Shown: positions 23,624 to 36,047, counted from the stretch's first letter. The stretch: DNA of 64,000 nucleotides from Octopus sinensis (GCF_006345805.1 NC_043007.1:23064001-23128000); one strand, 5' to 3'. A program made the numbers and translations. The notes: a model not told the origin generated them from the sequence alone.

Positions 23624-23844
23624 CCCTTTTGTTACCAACCCGGCTGAAACTGGCTCTGGCTCTGAGTATAAATGTCTTGTTTTCATAAGTTTTGTATTAA
23701 AATCTTCCACCAAACCTTAGTCATAATCTATGTTCCTAACACTAGCTGAATGATAACTAAGTTATTTGACTAAATTCCTTGTTATATTTAAAGTAATTGA
23801 AAGAAACACAGAGCATCTCAACAGAAATATGGTAAAAAAAAGGG
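23624..23844. mobile_element. piggyBac-type MITE
   Basis: TTAA|CCCTTTTGTTACCA ... TGGTAAAAAAAAGGG|TTAG. Confidence 0.7.
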
Positions 23845-24672
23845 TTAGCCAGAGTGTGTGCTGCCCGGGGCAGCCCTTCCATTTGCTACACCCAGACCCC
23901 ATAAAAAACACATATTGCCTACAGCAGGCCCAAATGTGCAACCTGGGGTGGACTGCATCTACCGCTTCACCCCACTAGCTATGCTAGTGCAGTGAGGTGA
24001 ATTCATAAAAAAATCAACAGAAGTATAAAATGTCACAAAATGCATACAGAATGGATCAAATAAAAGATTAGGTTTGAATTTCCAATGCAAAAGATGAGTT
24101 TGACACAGGATACCTGAAGAAGGCTGGAGCATACAACGGCCAAAATATAGTGAAAGCAATAGTCAAGATGAGGACATCAATCTGACTAATACAATAAGTA
24201 CATACTAGTTTCTTATCTCAGAAATATAGGAATCTTTTACTCTTCTACTTGTTTCAGTCATTTGACTGCGACCATGCTGGAGCACCACCTTTAGTCAAGC
24301 AAATCAACCCCAGGACTTATAATTAGGGCTTAACAAAATTGCTTCACCACATACCGAAATTTAGAAATAGCAGTTAAATACTATTCTGCTACCATAAGAT
24401 ATTTCCCAGACAGAGTTGAGAGTATTGCTGTCAGGAAGAGCATCCAGCCATTCAAAACTCTGCCTTAGTATAGTCTTGTAGTATGGAAAAGTAAACATTA
24501 AGAATTATGACGATGATGATGGTGTGATGTTCATTCAATAAATTACAGTTTTTTAATATGTCTACAGAGGTTGTCCAGCCAAACAGGTGTGAAAACACTA
24601 TCCAACAGCAGTGAATACTCATCAGCAGTTCTAAACAACCTAGGAACATTGCTCCCATCAGTAACTGTAGAC

Positions 24673-24946
24673 CAATGGTTCCCAAAGTGAGCAGTATTGC
24701 TCCCCTGGAGGCAGTGGAAAGTTCCAAGAGGGCGTTGAAAAAATGTGGGGTGATAATGGGGTCGCAATTCATGTAAAAACAACAAAATAATGGGTTCATT
24801 AGATTAAGGTTTATTTGTGAAATACAGTTGCTTTGAATTTGCTTCAGAAAGAGGTCTACATTTGAGATGGTTAGTTGGGGTGGGGTGCTAGGAATTTGGC
24901 CTGGGCATCAAGGGTGCGGCAGCCCCCAAAAGTTTGGGAACCATTG
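24673..24946. mobile_element. hAT-type MITE
   Basis: TIR CAATGGTTCCCAAA / TTTGGGAACCATTG; perfect 8-bp TSD CTGTAGAC. Confidence 0.88.
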
Positions 24947-24959
24947 CTGTAGACAGTGC

Positions 24960-25350
24960 TTGAGGAGACCTATTGAGTCAAGTACATCAACATCAAAAAA
25001 TCAAATGGAAATTGTAGCTGTGATACCTGTGCCAGTGGCACATAAAAAGCACCATACGAACGTGGCTGATGCCAGTGCCGCCTTGACTGGCTTCCATGTC
25101 GGTGGCACGTAAAAAGCACCAACTGATCGGGGCTGTCACCAGCCTCCCCTGGCACCTTTGCCGGTGGCACGTAAAAAGCACCCATGACACTCACGGAGTG
25201 GTTGGCGTAAGGAAGGGCATCCAGCTGTAGTAACACTGCCAGATCGAACTGGAGCCTGGTGCAGCCTCCTGGCTTCCCAGACCCCAGTCGAACCGTCTAA
25301 CCCATGCTAGCATGGAAAATGGATGTTAAATGATAATGATGATGATGATG
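24960..25350 (+). mobile_element. SINE-like family D
   Basis: Three subrepeats, core, (GAT)n tail. Confidence 0.8.
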
Positions 25351-25642
25351 AATACCTGGCAGATGTAGGGTCTGGCTAAGAATATCTGTAGGCAGTAACA
25401 ATACACATAAAACAGCTAGTACAAGGAGTCTTTGAAAGGACCTGGAAACAATTATAGGCTGTGTTCAGCCAACAATTGTTTTCTTTCAAAGGACTGAAAA
25501 CAACTGTGGACAATATCAAGCCAGCAATTGTAGATAAATTGCAGCCAACAAGTGTTGTTTTTGAAAAGACCAGGGTCCTGCTACAAGGACTAGAAATTAA
25601 GGACTAAGATAAATATGTCATTGAGAAATATACAAAGAATCT

Positions 25643-25809
25643 GTGTGGTAAGTAGCTTGCTTACTAACCACATGGTTCTTGCTTCAGTCCCACTGCGTGG
25701 CACCTTGGGCGAGTGTCTTCTACTATAGCCTCGGGCCGACCAAAGCCTTGTGAGTGGATTTGGTAGACGGAAACTGAAAGAAGCCCGTCGTATATATGTA
25801 TACAAATAA

Positions 25810-25846
<37 letters not shown>

Positions 25847-26050
25847 TGTGTCTGTGTTTGTGCCCCCAACATTGCTTGACAACCGATGCTGGTGTGTTTA
25901 TGTCCCTGTCACTTAGCAGTTCGGCAAAAGAGACCGATAGAATAAGTACTGGGCTTACAGAGAATAAGTCCCGGGGTCGAGTTGCTCGACTAAAGGCGGT
26001 GCTCCAGCATGGCCGCAGTCAAATGACTGAAACAAGTAAAAGAGAGAGAA
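25643..26050 (+). mobile_element. SINE family A
   Basis: Near full-length copy with a (TG)n insert. Confidence 0.85.
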
Positions 26051-26075
26051 AATGGTAAGAGTATTCTGTCCTTAC

Positions 26076-26157
26076 CTTTTATTTGCTGTAACTTTTGTTG
26101 ATTTTTTGCTCACAATTTTGTCCATTTCTGGCTCAACAGTTTGGACTTCCTCAGTAT
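26076..26157 (-). CDS. Possible downstream exon of the LMNTD1-like gene
   Basis: Polypyrimidine tract + ccag|AT ACT GAG...AAA AG|gtaagg; open frame TEEVQTVEPEMDKIVSKKSTKVTANK; no recognised homology and no linking exons found. Confidence 0.35.
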
Positions 26158-26394
26158 CTGGTACAAGCAAGAAACAAATAATTTTTGGAGTTGCTATGGT
26201 TGTAAGACTAAAGCACAATGAGCTATACATCAAATGGCCATAGTGAGTTCAAACCTTAAATGACTAAATCCACTGATAAAATATCAAAACAAGGTTTGGC
26301 TTAGATTATTTGACTGACTGAGTCCCAACCATTACCTTACAACCATTATCAACCATCTTACAAACAATAACTCTGAGCACCTTTTCAAACTCCA

Positions 26395-26735
26395 TCTCTC
26401 TAACACCCGTGGACATGTTTACAAAGTCAGAAAACAGCACAGCTCCCATGACTTTCGGAAACATTTTTTCACGCTAAGAGTTGCTGAAGCATGGAACAAA
26501 CTGCCGGCATCAGTTGTTAGTTGTCGGAGCACTGCATCCTTCAAAACTTCCATGCTTCCTGAGATTCGCCAACAGTACACCTGATTTTTCTCCCCTCCAT
26601 ACACACACAAGCATGTATCTGACTCATACATTGTTCGCTTTCCAGACATTTGTACATTACTGCATATACTCTATATGCACTTTCTGACAAGTTGTGGTAC
26701 ACCTGAGCACTGTATGCAATAATTTCATTATTGTT
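26395..26735 (+). mobile_element. CR1-type LINE 3' fragment
   Basis: NTRGHVYKVRKQ...RKHFFTLRVAEAWNKLPASVV...FK*, the canonical CR1 ORF2 C-terminus, followed by a 3' UTR. Confidence 0.82.
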
Positions 26736-26813
26736 ACTGTTAAGTGAAAGAGGAAGGATATTCATTATTGAAACAAATCAGAATCAGAATTGCTTTACAT
26801 TCCTTTCCATTAA

Positions 26814-26863
26814 CCCTTTAATATTTAGATTATTTTGTCAAGTGTAAAATGAATGATAAAGGG
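26814..26863. mobile_element. Minimal 50-bp piggyBac-type MITE
   Basis: TTAA|CCCTTTA...ATAAAGGG|TTAA. Confidence 0.5.
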
Positions 26864-27062
26864 TTAAGATCTCCTTTGATCATGAATGATCATGGGATTG
26901 CACCTAGAAAGTTCCCCCTCTGAGGCAGATGTCTGGTCAAGGTTATTTAAGGGAGACCAACAGTTGCCCATGTATACCAACCTCTCCTTTCCACACCACT
27001 GATGCTATCCAAGGGAAAGGCAAAGGCTGATACAGCTTGGCACTTGTGACATAGCAACTCAT

Positions 27063-27296
27063 TTCTTATTTCTCTACTGCCCACAAGGGGCTACACACAG
27101 AGGGGACAAACAAGGACAGACAAATGGATTAAGTCGATTATATCGACCCCAGTGCGTAACTGGTACTTTAATCGACCCTGAAAGGATGAAAGGCAAAGTC
27201 AGCCTCAGTGGAATTTGAACTCAGAACATAGCGGCAGATGAAATGCCGCTAAGCATTTCGTCCAGTGTGCTAACATTTCTGCCAGCTCGCCACCTA
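27063..27296 (-). mobile_element. SINE family B inserted into a family E-type SINE (about 26870-27440)
   Basis: The host element resumes after the insertion (AGCAACTCATTTC / AGCAACTTATTTC flanks). Confidence 0.8.
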
Positions 27297-27637
27297 GCAA
27301 CTTATTTCTATAGATGAGGGAGCTGGAGCAATGAAATAAAGTGTTATGTTAAAGAACACAACACACAATGCAGTCTAGGAATTGAACTCACTACTTCAAG
27401 ATTGTGAGCCTGATGCTCTAACCACTGAGCCATGTGCCTTTGTCAAATGTAACACCTACTTATTCACATTGCTTTGAATTAATCATGCATTATCTTGTGG
27501 CTTTGAGATTTCGGTGATGATATTGTTTATTTTTAGAATGTCATTGTAGGGTAGGTGTGAGAGGCTGGGTCCAGTAAGTATGCATGTAAAATAGGTAAAA
27601 TATTTTAGGTTGGATATGGCTGGTTTAAATGCTAATA

Positions 27638-28200
27638 GGTATGGCTGTGTGGTAAGTAGCTTGCTTACCAGCCACATGGTTTCAGGTTCAGTCCCACTGC
27701 GTGGCACTTTGGGCAAGTGTCTTCTACTATAGCCTTGGGCTGACCAAAGCCTTGAGAGTGGATTTGGCAGACGGAAACTGAAAGAAGTCTATTGTGTATA
27801 TGTATATGTGTGTGTGTGTGTGTCTGTGGTAAGTAGCTTGCTTACGAACCACATAGATCTGGGTTCAGTCCCACTGCGTAACATCTTGGGCAAGTGTCTT
27901 CTACTATAGCCTCGGGCCGACCAAAGCCTTCTGAGTGGATTTGGTAGACAGAAATTGAAAGAAGTCCGTCATATATATGTATATATGTATGTATGTGTGT
28001 GTCTGTGTTTGTCCCCCCAACATCGCTTGACAACCGATGCTGGTGTGTTTATGTCCCCATAACTTAGCAGTTCAGAAAAAAGAGACCGATAGAATAAGTA
28101 CTAGGCTTCTAAAAAATAAGTCCTAGGGTCGATTTGCTCGACTAAAGGTGGTGCTCCAGCATGGCCACAGTCACACGACTGAAACAAGTAAAAGAGTAAG
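27638..28200 (+). mobile_element. SINE family A with duplicated 5' half
   Basis: Head-to-microsatellite half (27638-27823) followed by a second, near-complete copy. Confidence 0.8.
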
Positions 28201-28405
28201 CTTTCATATAATTTTGAGGGCAATTTTCTAGAATGCCTCCTATTGCTGAAGTGTGTGAAATAGGAGTGACACCTGCAGTCAAACTAAAAGCTTACCAATG
28301 TGAGCAACATAATGGTTGTTGTAAGGCATGAACTTGTATCCGTGTAGACACATAGCCAAGTTCCTTAACCTCATTGAAACCCAATATCAGTGTTTTAAAG
28401 GTATC

Positions 28406-28862
28406 TCTTTTACTCTTTTACTTGTTTCAGTCATTTGACTGTGGCCATGCTGGAGCACCACCTTTAGTCGAGCAAATCAACCCTGGGACTTATTCTTTGT
28501 AAGCCCAGTACTTATTCTATTGGTCTCTTTTTGCCGAACTGCTAAGTTACGGGGACGTAAACACATCAACGATGTTGGGGGGGAGGGACAAACACATACA
28601 CACATCAACGATGTTGGGGGGGAGGGACAAACACATACACACACACATACATATATATATATATACATATACATACATACATATATATTTATATATACAT
28701 ATATACGACGGGCTTCTTTCAGTTTCTGTCTACCAAATCCACTCATAAGGCTTTGGGCAGTCTGAAGCTATAGTAGAAGACACTTGCCCACGGTGTCATG
28801 CTATGGGACTGAACCTGGCACGATGTTGTTGGTAAGTAAGCTACTTACCACACAGCCACTCC
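28406..28862 (-). mobile_element. SINE family A with an internal tandem duplication
   Basis: ACACATCAACGATGTTGGGGGGGAGGGACAAACACATAC occurs twice. Confidence 0.82.
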
Positions 28863-29679
28863 AGTTGATTTTTTAAAACAGTAAGTCCATAAGAGCTGTC
28901 ATCATTATTATCGTCATGGTCATGGTCATCATCATCATCATCATTTAACATCTGTCTTCTGTGCTGGCATGGATTGGATGGTTTGACAGGGGTTGGCAAG
29001 CCAGAGGACTGCACCATGCTCCACTGTCTGTTTTGGAATGGTTTTTTTTTTACAGCTGGAGAAAAATGAATTTACTCCAGTAATTGACAGATGCCTCATT
29101 TGTTGATCTTGGAAGGATGAACGGTAAAGTCGACCTTGGTGAGATTTGAAACCAGAGCACAAAAAAACTGAAATAAGAACTGTAGAGCATTCTATCCAAC
29201 ACCCCAACAACGGCTAATTTGCTGCAAGAGAATTATGTGATTCTAACAAAGAAGAATTGCATTGGATTCAATTTGTTGAGAATCAACATGCTGTCAGTAG
29301 AATAATCAGTAGACACCTGCATAATCAGTAGAATCTGCAGGTATTCTAGTTGAGCGTCAATTGCTTCTATCATACAAATCTGTGACAAGTTTTAAGCACT
29401 GCCTCACCACCTCTGACTAATCAATAGAACAGAACAAAGAAAATAGGCAGAATTTAGAGGTATATACTTACTAGTTTCATGTAGACTCTTTTTTAATGTC
29501 ATCTTAGATGTTTTCATAAAAGGATTTGTCCATGCAATAGCCTATATGAAGAAAATAATAATAAGGATGTTAGGAAGTTGAAAGAGAAGGAACGACCCAA
29601 AGGACCTCTGGCTATTGAATATGGCTTGCTCTTTTGGTATAGTGTTGGTATAACATCAGCCAGAGCAAAAGTGTCATGG

Positions 29680-29721
<42 letters not shown>

Positions 29722-29829
29722 GATCTCTGGCTAATCATCCATGCAGGAAGTGCAAAAACTTGTCTTAACTGGTATGTCATATGTATTGAGAAGAGCATTG
29801 TTGCTGTAAATTTTCTTTCCTTCTTTCCC

Positions 29830-30900
29830 CTTTATTCTGTTTTATTCTTTTATTCTTTTATGTTTCAGTTCAATGACTGTGGTCATGCTGGAGCACCGCC
29901 ATCACAATCATCTTTCCACTTTTCACCTTTGTTGGAGCAGCTTTTGGTGAAGGATGGAGTTCGATGTCCTTGCCCTCTTTTGAGTTTCCTGCCTGGATAT
30001 TGGCTCATCTGGGATCTTGGTGAGCCAGAAGTCAAGTTCATATTTGAAAACATCTACGTCTACTCCATGGAGGCTCTTCAGATGCTTTGGCAGACAGTTA
30101 AACAGCTGTGGGCCCTTGAAACCCAAGCTATTGCAGTACATCGTCCTTGCCCATGATAAAGCAGTCGGCACAGTGGGGATGGCACAGTGGGGACGGCACA
30201 GTGACATCCTGTTTGTGGTCTGGTATAGCTCTTTATTCCAAAGTTTGGTACCAGAGTTTCCAGTTTCTTCCATATATATATATCACTGCATACCTCTCCC
30301 GCCTTCGTTCCAGGGAGTAGAGTCGTAGCTCTTTCAATCTGTCCCAGAAGCTCAGTTGTTCTATTGATGCAATTTTCTTTGTGTAATGTCGTTGGACTGC
30401 TTCAAGCTCTGCTATCGTCCTTGTAGTATAAGGTGGCCATAGCTGAGAGCAGTAGTCCAGTCGGCTGAGGATAAATGACTTCCATAGTGTCATCATAGTT
30501 TCTTGGTCCCTTGTCCAGAAGGTTCTCAGAATCCAACCGGCCAGTCTTCTGGATACTGCTACCATTTCGTTGATATGTGTGTTAAATGAGGCATTCATTT
30601 TGCTCATTTCTATTCCAAGATCATGCCCCATATTTGATTCTGGGATCGTTGCTCCACTTGGTCCAACGTACTGATGCCGTGATTCTTGAGCAGTGCTTAA
30701 CTGTTAGCGGAGAGCCTGGAATTTACTTGCATTAAATTGCATGTTGTTATTCTCAGCCCATGTATAGATGGCATCTAGATCTTTCTGCAATAGCGTAGCA
30801 TCAGAGGTGTCCTTGACTGACTGTGCGACTTTTGTGTCGTCGGCATAGCTGGTAAGCTTGGCTGCCTCGGTCACTGATGGCATATCTGATAGGGCTACTA
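29830..30900 (-). mobile_element. 5'-truncated CR1-clade LINE (RT C-terminal half + 3' tail)
   Basis: YADD at 30836-30847 (SYADDTKV...LQKDL...WAENNNMQFN), RLDYCSQLWPPY, SLERRRER; frameshifted; (TAAAAGAA)n tail. Confidence 0.9.
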
Positions 30901-31362
30901 CTTTTCTATTTTTTATTTGTTTCCTTTTTCTCTCTGTCTTCCCCTTTTCTCTATCACATGACTCTGTAAATGAACAATCTGGTGTGCTTGTTTTAATGGC
31001 CTACCAATGTATACAGTACGCTTCTCTGCCCTAGGTGTCAGGAAGACACTCGGCAAGAAATGGAAACAGAATTGAAAGAAGATGCTAATGAAACTAATAA
31101 TAATAATAAAATAGTTTCAAAATTTGGCACAAGGCCAGCAACTTTGAGGAGGGGTAAGTCGATTACATCAAGCCCCAGTGCTCAACTGGTACTTTTTTAT
31201 TAAGTATTGAAAGCATGAAAGGCAAAGTTGACCTCAGCAGAATTTGAACTCAGAACGTAAAGATGGATGAAATGTCCCTAAGCATTTTTCCCAGCATGCT
31301 AACAGTTTTGTCAGCAAAGTCTTGAGTATATGAAGAGAATAATTCTTGCTAATTTTGGTATC

Positions 31363-31732
31363 TCTTTTACTCTTTTACTTGTTTCAGTCATTTGACTGTG
31401 GCCATTAGTCGAAGAAATCGACGCCAGGACTTATTCTTTGTAAGCCTAGTACTTATTCTATTGGTCTCTTTTGCTGAACCACTAAGTTATGGGGATGTAA
31501 ACACACCACCATCGGTTGTCAAGCAATGTTGGGGGGAACAAACACAGACACAAACATATACACACACATACATATATATGGCAGGCTTCTTTCAGTTTCC
31601 ATCTACCAAATCCACTCACAAGGCTTTGGTTGGCCCAAGGTTTTAGTAGAAGACACTTGCCCAAGGTGCCATGAAGTAGGACTGAACCCGGAACCATGTG
31701 GTTAGTAAGCAAGCTACTTACCACACAACCAC
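31363..31732 (-). mobile_element. SINE family A
   Basis: Collinear copy. Confidence 0.82.
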
Positions 31733-31879
31733 TCGTGAGCTTTGGGTCAGCAATTTTAGGAGAGTGGGTAGGTCAATTACATCAACCCCAGTGCTCAACA
31801 GGTACCTGTCTTTTTCAACTCCTGAAGAAAAGGTGAAAGACAAAGTAAGGCCTCAGCAGAATTTGAACTTGGAATGTAA

Positions 31880-32103
31880 AAAGCCAGTCTATCGCAGAGT
31901 TACTCAAGAAACAGGAAAAAAGAGTGAGAGAAAGTTGGGGCAAAAGAGTACAACAGGGGTCGCCACCCCGCCTCTGCCGGAGCCTTATGGAGCTTTAGGT
32001 GTTTTCGCTCAATAAACACACACAACGCCCAGTCTGGGAAACGAAACCATGATCCTCCGACTGCGAGTCCACTGCCCTATCCACTGGGCCATTGCGTCTC
32101 CAC
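31880..32103 (-). mobile_element. SINE family C, partial
   Basis: Head and central domain present. Confidence 0.75.
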
Positions 32104-32362
32104 AAAAATAAATGTTCTTTCTCAAGCCATGCCAGACTCACAAGGGCCAGTTTCCCCAGTTTCAGTGGTGCAGAAATTCCTCACCTGGACGGGACGCCAG
32201 TCCATTGCAGGATTACTCATTTTTGCCAGCTGAGTAGACTGGAGCAACGTGAAAATGAAGTGTATTGCTCAAGAACACAACACATTGCCTGGTCCAGGAA
32301 TCAAAACCACAACCTTACGATCATGAGTCCAACACCCTAACCACTAAGCCACGTGCCTCTAC

Positions 32363-32438
32363 ATTATTATTATTACTGCTGCTGCTGCTCCCACCGCCGC
32401 CGCCGCCGCCACCACCACCACCACCACTACTACTACTA

Positions 32439-32491
<53 letters not shown>
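32363..32491. repeat. Compound trinucleotide repeat (ATT/CTG/CCG/CCA/CTA)
   Basis: Graded succession of triplet runs. Confidence 0.9.
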
Positions 32492-32751
32492 TTCTAAACC
32501 TGTAAAAGACAAATTTGCACATGCCATAGGATCATGGAAGTACACCTAAACGAACAGTAAAAATTCACATGAATTATCCTCATCACCATTACTGCCTTAG
32601 CACTATCATTATCGTCATCAACAATAGCAGCAAACACCATCAGTTCAAAAATGTCTTGCGCTTTAAACTGTGTTAACCCTCTTAGACCTGGGTCCCTGTG
32701 TCTAACTTTACTCACCACTTGGGCTCCTGAGCTGAATTTCAGAACAACCTG

Positions 32752-33206
32752 CTGTACTTGAGGAGACCTATTGAGTCAAGTACATGAACATCGAAATAAA
32801 TATCAATGGAAATAGTAGTTATGATACCTGTGCCGGTGGCACATAAAACGCACCATCCGAACGTGGCCGTTGCCAGCGCCGCCTTGGCTGGCTTCTGTGC
32901 CAGTGGCACGTAAAAGGCACCGTCTGAATGTGGCCGATGCCAGCGCCGCCTTGACTGGCTTCCGGTGGTACGTTAAAAGCACCAACCGGTCGTGGCCACT
33001 GCCAGACTCTCCTGGCACCTGTGCCGGTGGCACGTAAAAAGCATCCACTACACTCGCGGAGTGGTTGGCATTAGGAAGGGCATCCAGCTGTAGAAATTCT
33101 GCCAGATCAGACTGGAGCCTGGTGCAGCTTCCTGGCTTCCCAGACCCTGGTCGAACCGTCCAACCTGTGCTAGCGCAGAAAACGGACGTTAAACGATGAT
33201 GATGAT
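32752..33206 (+). mobile_element. SINE-like family D with four subrepeats
   Basis: Subrepeats of about 60-65 nt, core, (GAT)n tail. Confidence 0.82.
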
Positions 33207-33388
33207 ATAAAGCTCAAGAGTAACAATTGCAGACAAACTAATGGACAGAATTAGCTGCATCTTCTTCTATGTGTGTTGTTCGTTATCACCTTACTGGGAA
33301 TCCAGCAGGCATGGCATTTAACTTAGCGGGAATATGGCGTGACAGGGTTAATATCAAAAGAATTCAATGGAGTGTGAAACCAGCCTAC

Positions 33389-33622
33389 CTGACCCTTAGG
33401 ATTGCATAAGATGGTGGTGACATCTGATTCAGTGGCCCAGCTAGGTTGCTCTTTAAACAGGTAATCCAAAGGTGACTGGTTATTGATGTCTGTGTGTGTA
33501 GAGGATGCCCACACAGTCATTATAGAATTTCGAGGAAATTTTGCTTGTGATGGGAACTTAAAAATGACAATAGGTTCACCCTCGAAGTTCTGTTGAATTA
33601 TGTGATTACCAATCTCCATTTC
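33389..33622 (-). CDS. LMNTD1: LMNTD1-like exon, core lamin tail (Ig-like) domain
   Basis: ttcag|GAA ATG GAG ATT GGT AAT CAC...CAG|gtagg; EMEIGNHIIQQN...TVWAS...YLFKEQ...TILCNPKGQ resembles recalled human LMNTD1 (EMAIGDHILQQN...TVWAA...FLWKEQ...TILCKPNGQ). The frame also stays open to a stop at 33323. Confidence 0.88.
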
Positions 33623-33881
33623 CTGAAATAAGGTTAGAAAGGATCAAAATAAAAACAAAAATACCCAACTAGATTCTCAAAAGAGTTATATTGTAAATAG
33701 AGTTTAAATAAAGGTCGTCGCGTGATCGTTACCAACGTCGCCTTACTGGCACCTGTGCCGGTGGCATGTGTAAAAAGATTCGAGCAAGGTCATTGCCAGT
33801 ACCACCTGACTGGCCCCCATGTTGTCAAGCGATGCTGGGGGGGGGGGGGGGCAAACACAAACACACACACACAAACACACA

Positions 33882-33953
<72 letters not shown>

Positions 33954-34169
33954 CATATATACGATAGGCTTCTTTCAGTTTCTGTCTACCAAATCCACTC
34001 ACAAGGCTTTGGTCGGCCCGAGGCTATAGTAGAAGATACTTACCCGAGGTGCCACGCAGTGGGACTGAACCCAGAACCATGTCGTTGGTAAGCAAGCTAC
34101 TTACCACACAGCCACTCCTATGCTTATATAGAGATAATAATTTTAAAAATATAAGAAAGAAGAACTTAC

Positions 34170-34248
34170 CTTTCCTTCAGAATTATACAGTCGTATAAAC
34201 TTGCCATTGGGATCAACTTCCAAAATACTGAAATGAGCCAGGGCACTG
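34170..34248 (-). CDS. LMNTD1: LMNTD1-like exon, start of lamin tail domain
   Basis: ttacag|C AGT...AAG|gtaagt; SALAHFSILEVDPNGKFIRLYNSEGK, the typical LTD start (I.EVDP.GKFIRL.N). Confidence 0.88.
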
Positions 34249-34517
34249 CTGTAATGGAAGTAAAAGATAAAGAGTGAAGAATCATAGGTGGAAGCTGATG
34301 ATGTTGCTATTGTTGTTGTTGTTGTGGTGGTGGTGGTGATGGTGGATGTGGCTGTGTTGGTGATAGCATGAGCAATGGTGAAGTGATGTTGATTGTAGTT
34401 GTAGTGCTTAGCCCAAGCTCAGTACTGACTAAGCAGACCTGTGATCAAAGCATTCCAGCCATGACTATTCCAAGTGAGGTACTATATCCCCTATGCCGGA
34501 TGTATTTCCACAGAAAA

Positions 34518-34824
34518 TCCTTATATATAAAATTCAAGTTGTGTGTGTGAGACTCTGTCTCCTCTGATTTAGATTCCTAACTACTCCCACATTTTGCGGT
34601 GCAGTTTAACCAAAAGCGGGTATCTTATAGTCGTCATTCATATCGAGCCCTTCTGGGTATTAGCGCACGTCTACGATGAGTCTACGATTTAAAAAAAAAA
34701 TTACCATCATTTTTCCGCATTTTTAATGATTTTTGCTCAGGTTATATAAGGGAAGTAACTCTCTAAAAACGCTTATATAGTTATTTCCCTTACAAACCCG
34801 AGCAACGCCGGGCGATACTGCTAG
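34518..34824 (+). mobile_element. Non-autonomous Helitron
   Basis: A|TCCTTATATATAAA 5' end; hairpin CCCGAGCAACGCCGGG; 3' CTAG|T. Confidence 0.82.
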
Positions 34825-35310
34825 TTGGAAATAAAGGACATCGCTTGCATGATGGTGGCACTCATCTATAACTACCATGGAAAGTCAACGCAAGGAATAG
34901 ACACAAATAACATGCACACACACACACACATACACACATATACGAGGAAGTGGTCCTGAGAAGTTACTGGCTTTAAGAGTGTCACGAAAGGCCTGGTTGG
35001 AGGCCCCAACCTTCCAAGTTCTTTTACAGGGCTTCGATTTAAACTGAAGGACTGGTGCAATAAGTGTGTGAACCTGATGGGGGAATATGTTGAATAAAAT
35101 CATAATTAACTGATCCCTCCTGTATTTTCTTTTACTGAAAGCCAGGAACTTTTCAGCACCCCATCATACATACATACATACATACATACATACATACATA
35201 CAGATATGTATGTATATATATATACATTTTTTAATAATATACTATTATTAATATTAAGAAATCAATATCAGATATTGATTTCCTAATATTAATAATAATA
35301 TACTATTAAA

Positions 35311-35341
<31 letters not shown>

Positions 35342-35344
35342 TGT

Positions 35345-35458
<114 letters not shown>

Positions 35459-35591
35459 ATGTAATCGCTCGTATTAAATATATAAATACTTTAATAGTAT
35501 TAATACTTTGATACAATAGAGCACTGAATATAAATTCAGTATATAATATTCTCATTGAATATATTTAACTAAAGATTTATATATATGTATG

Positions 35592-35630
<39 letters not shown>

Positions 35631-36047
35631 GAAGATCACAGGTCCTTCCCAAGCCACAGGGTCATAGGGCTGGTTTTCTGGATTCTATGGCATACATATA
35701 TCCCCACCCAGGACAGGGAAACGGTCAGTTGCAAGCTTACTAATTTTTGCCAGTTGAGTGGACTGGAGGAACGTAAACTGGGTTATTTTGCTCAAATGCA
35801 CAATGCATTGCCTGGTCCCGGAACTGAAGCCAGAATCTTACAATCATGAGTACAATACTAAGCAATGCACCTCCACACACACACACGTAAGGGCTTCTCT
35901 CTGTATCCATCTACCACATCCACAAATCCACTCACAAGTCTTGAGACTAAAATAGAAAGCACTTGCCCAAAGTGCAACACTGTGGTATTGAACCTGAAAC
36001 CATGTGGTTGGGAAGCAAACTTCTTACCGCACAGCCATGTCATTCTT

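Noticed and set aside
24110-24184. Hydrophobic minus-strand exon candidate (IDVLILTIAFTIFWPLYAPAFF)
   Set aside because: Could not be linked in phase to any gene; no recognised homology
28200-28380. Minus-strand peptides loosely resembling the vertebrate LMNTD1 C-terminus (NHYVAHI, PISHTSAIGG)
   Set aside because: No credible acceptor, and it would need a 23-nt intron; the similarity is too weak to support
29514-30156. 94-aa and 192-aa ORFs spanning an (AAT)n run
   Set aside because: Held open by a microsatellite and the antisense strand of a CR1 fragment
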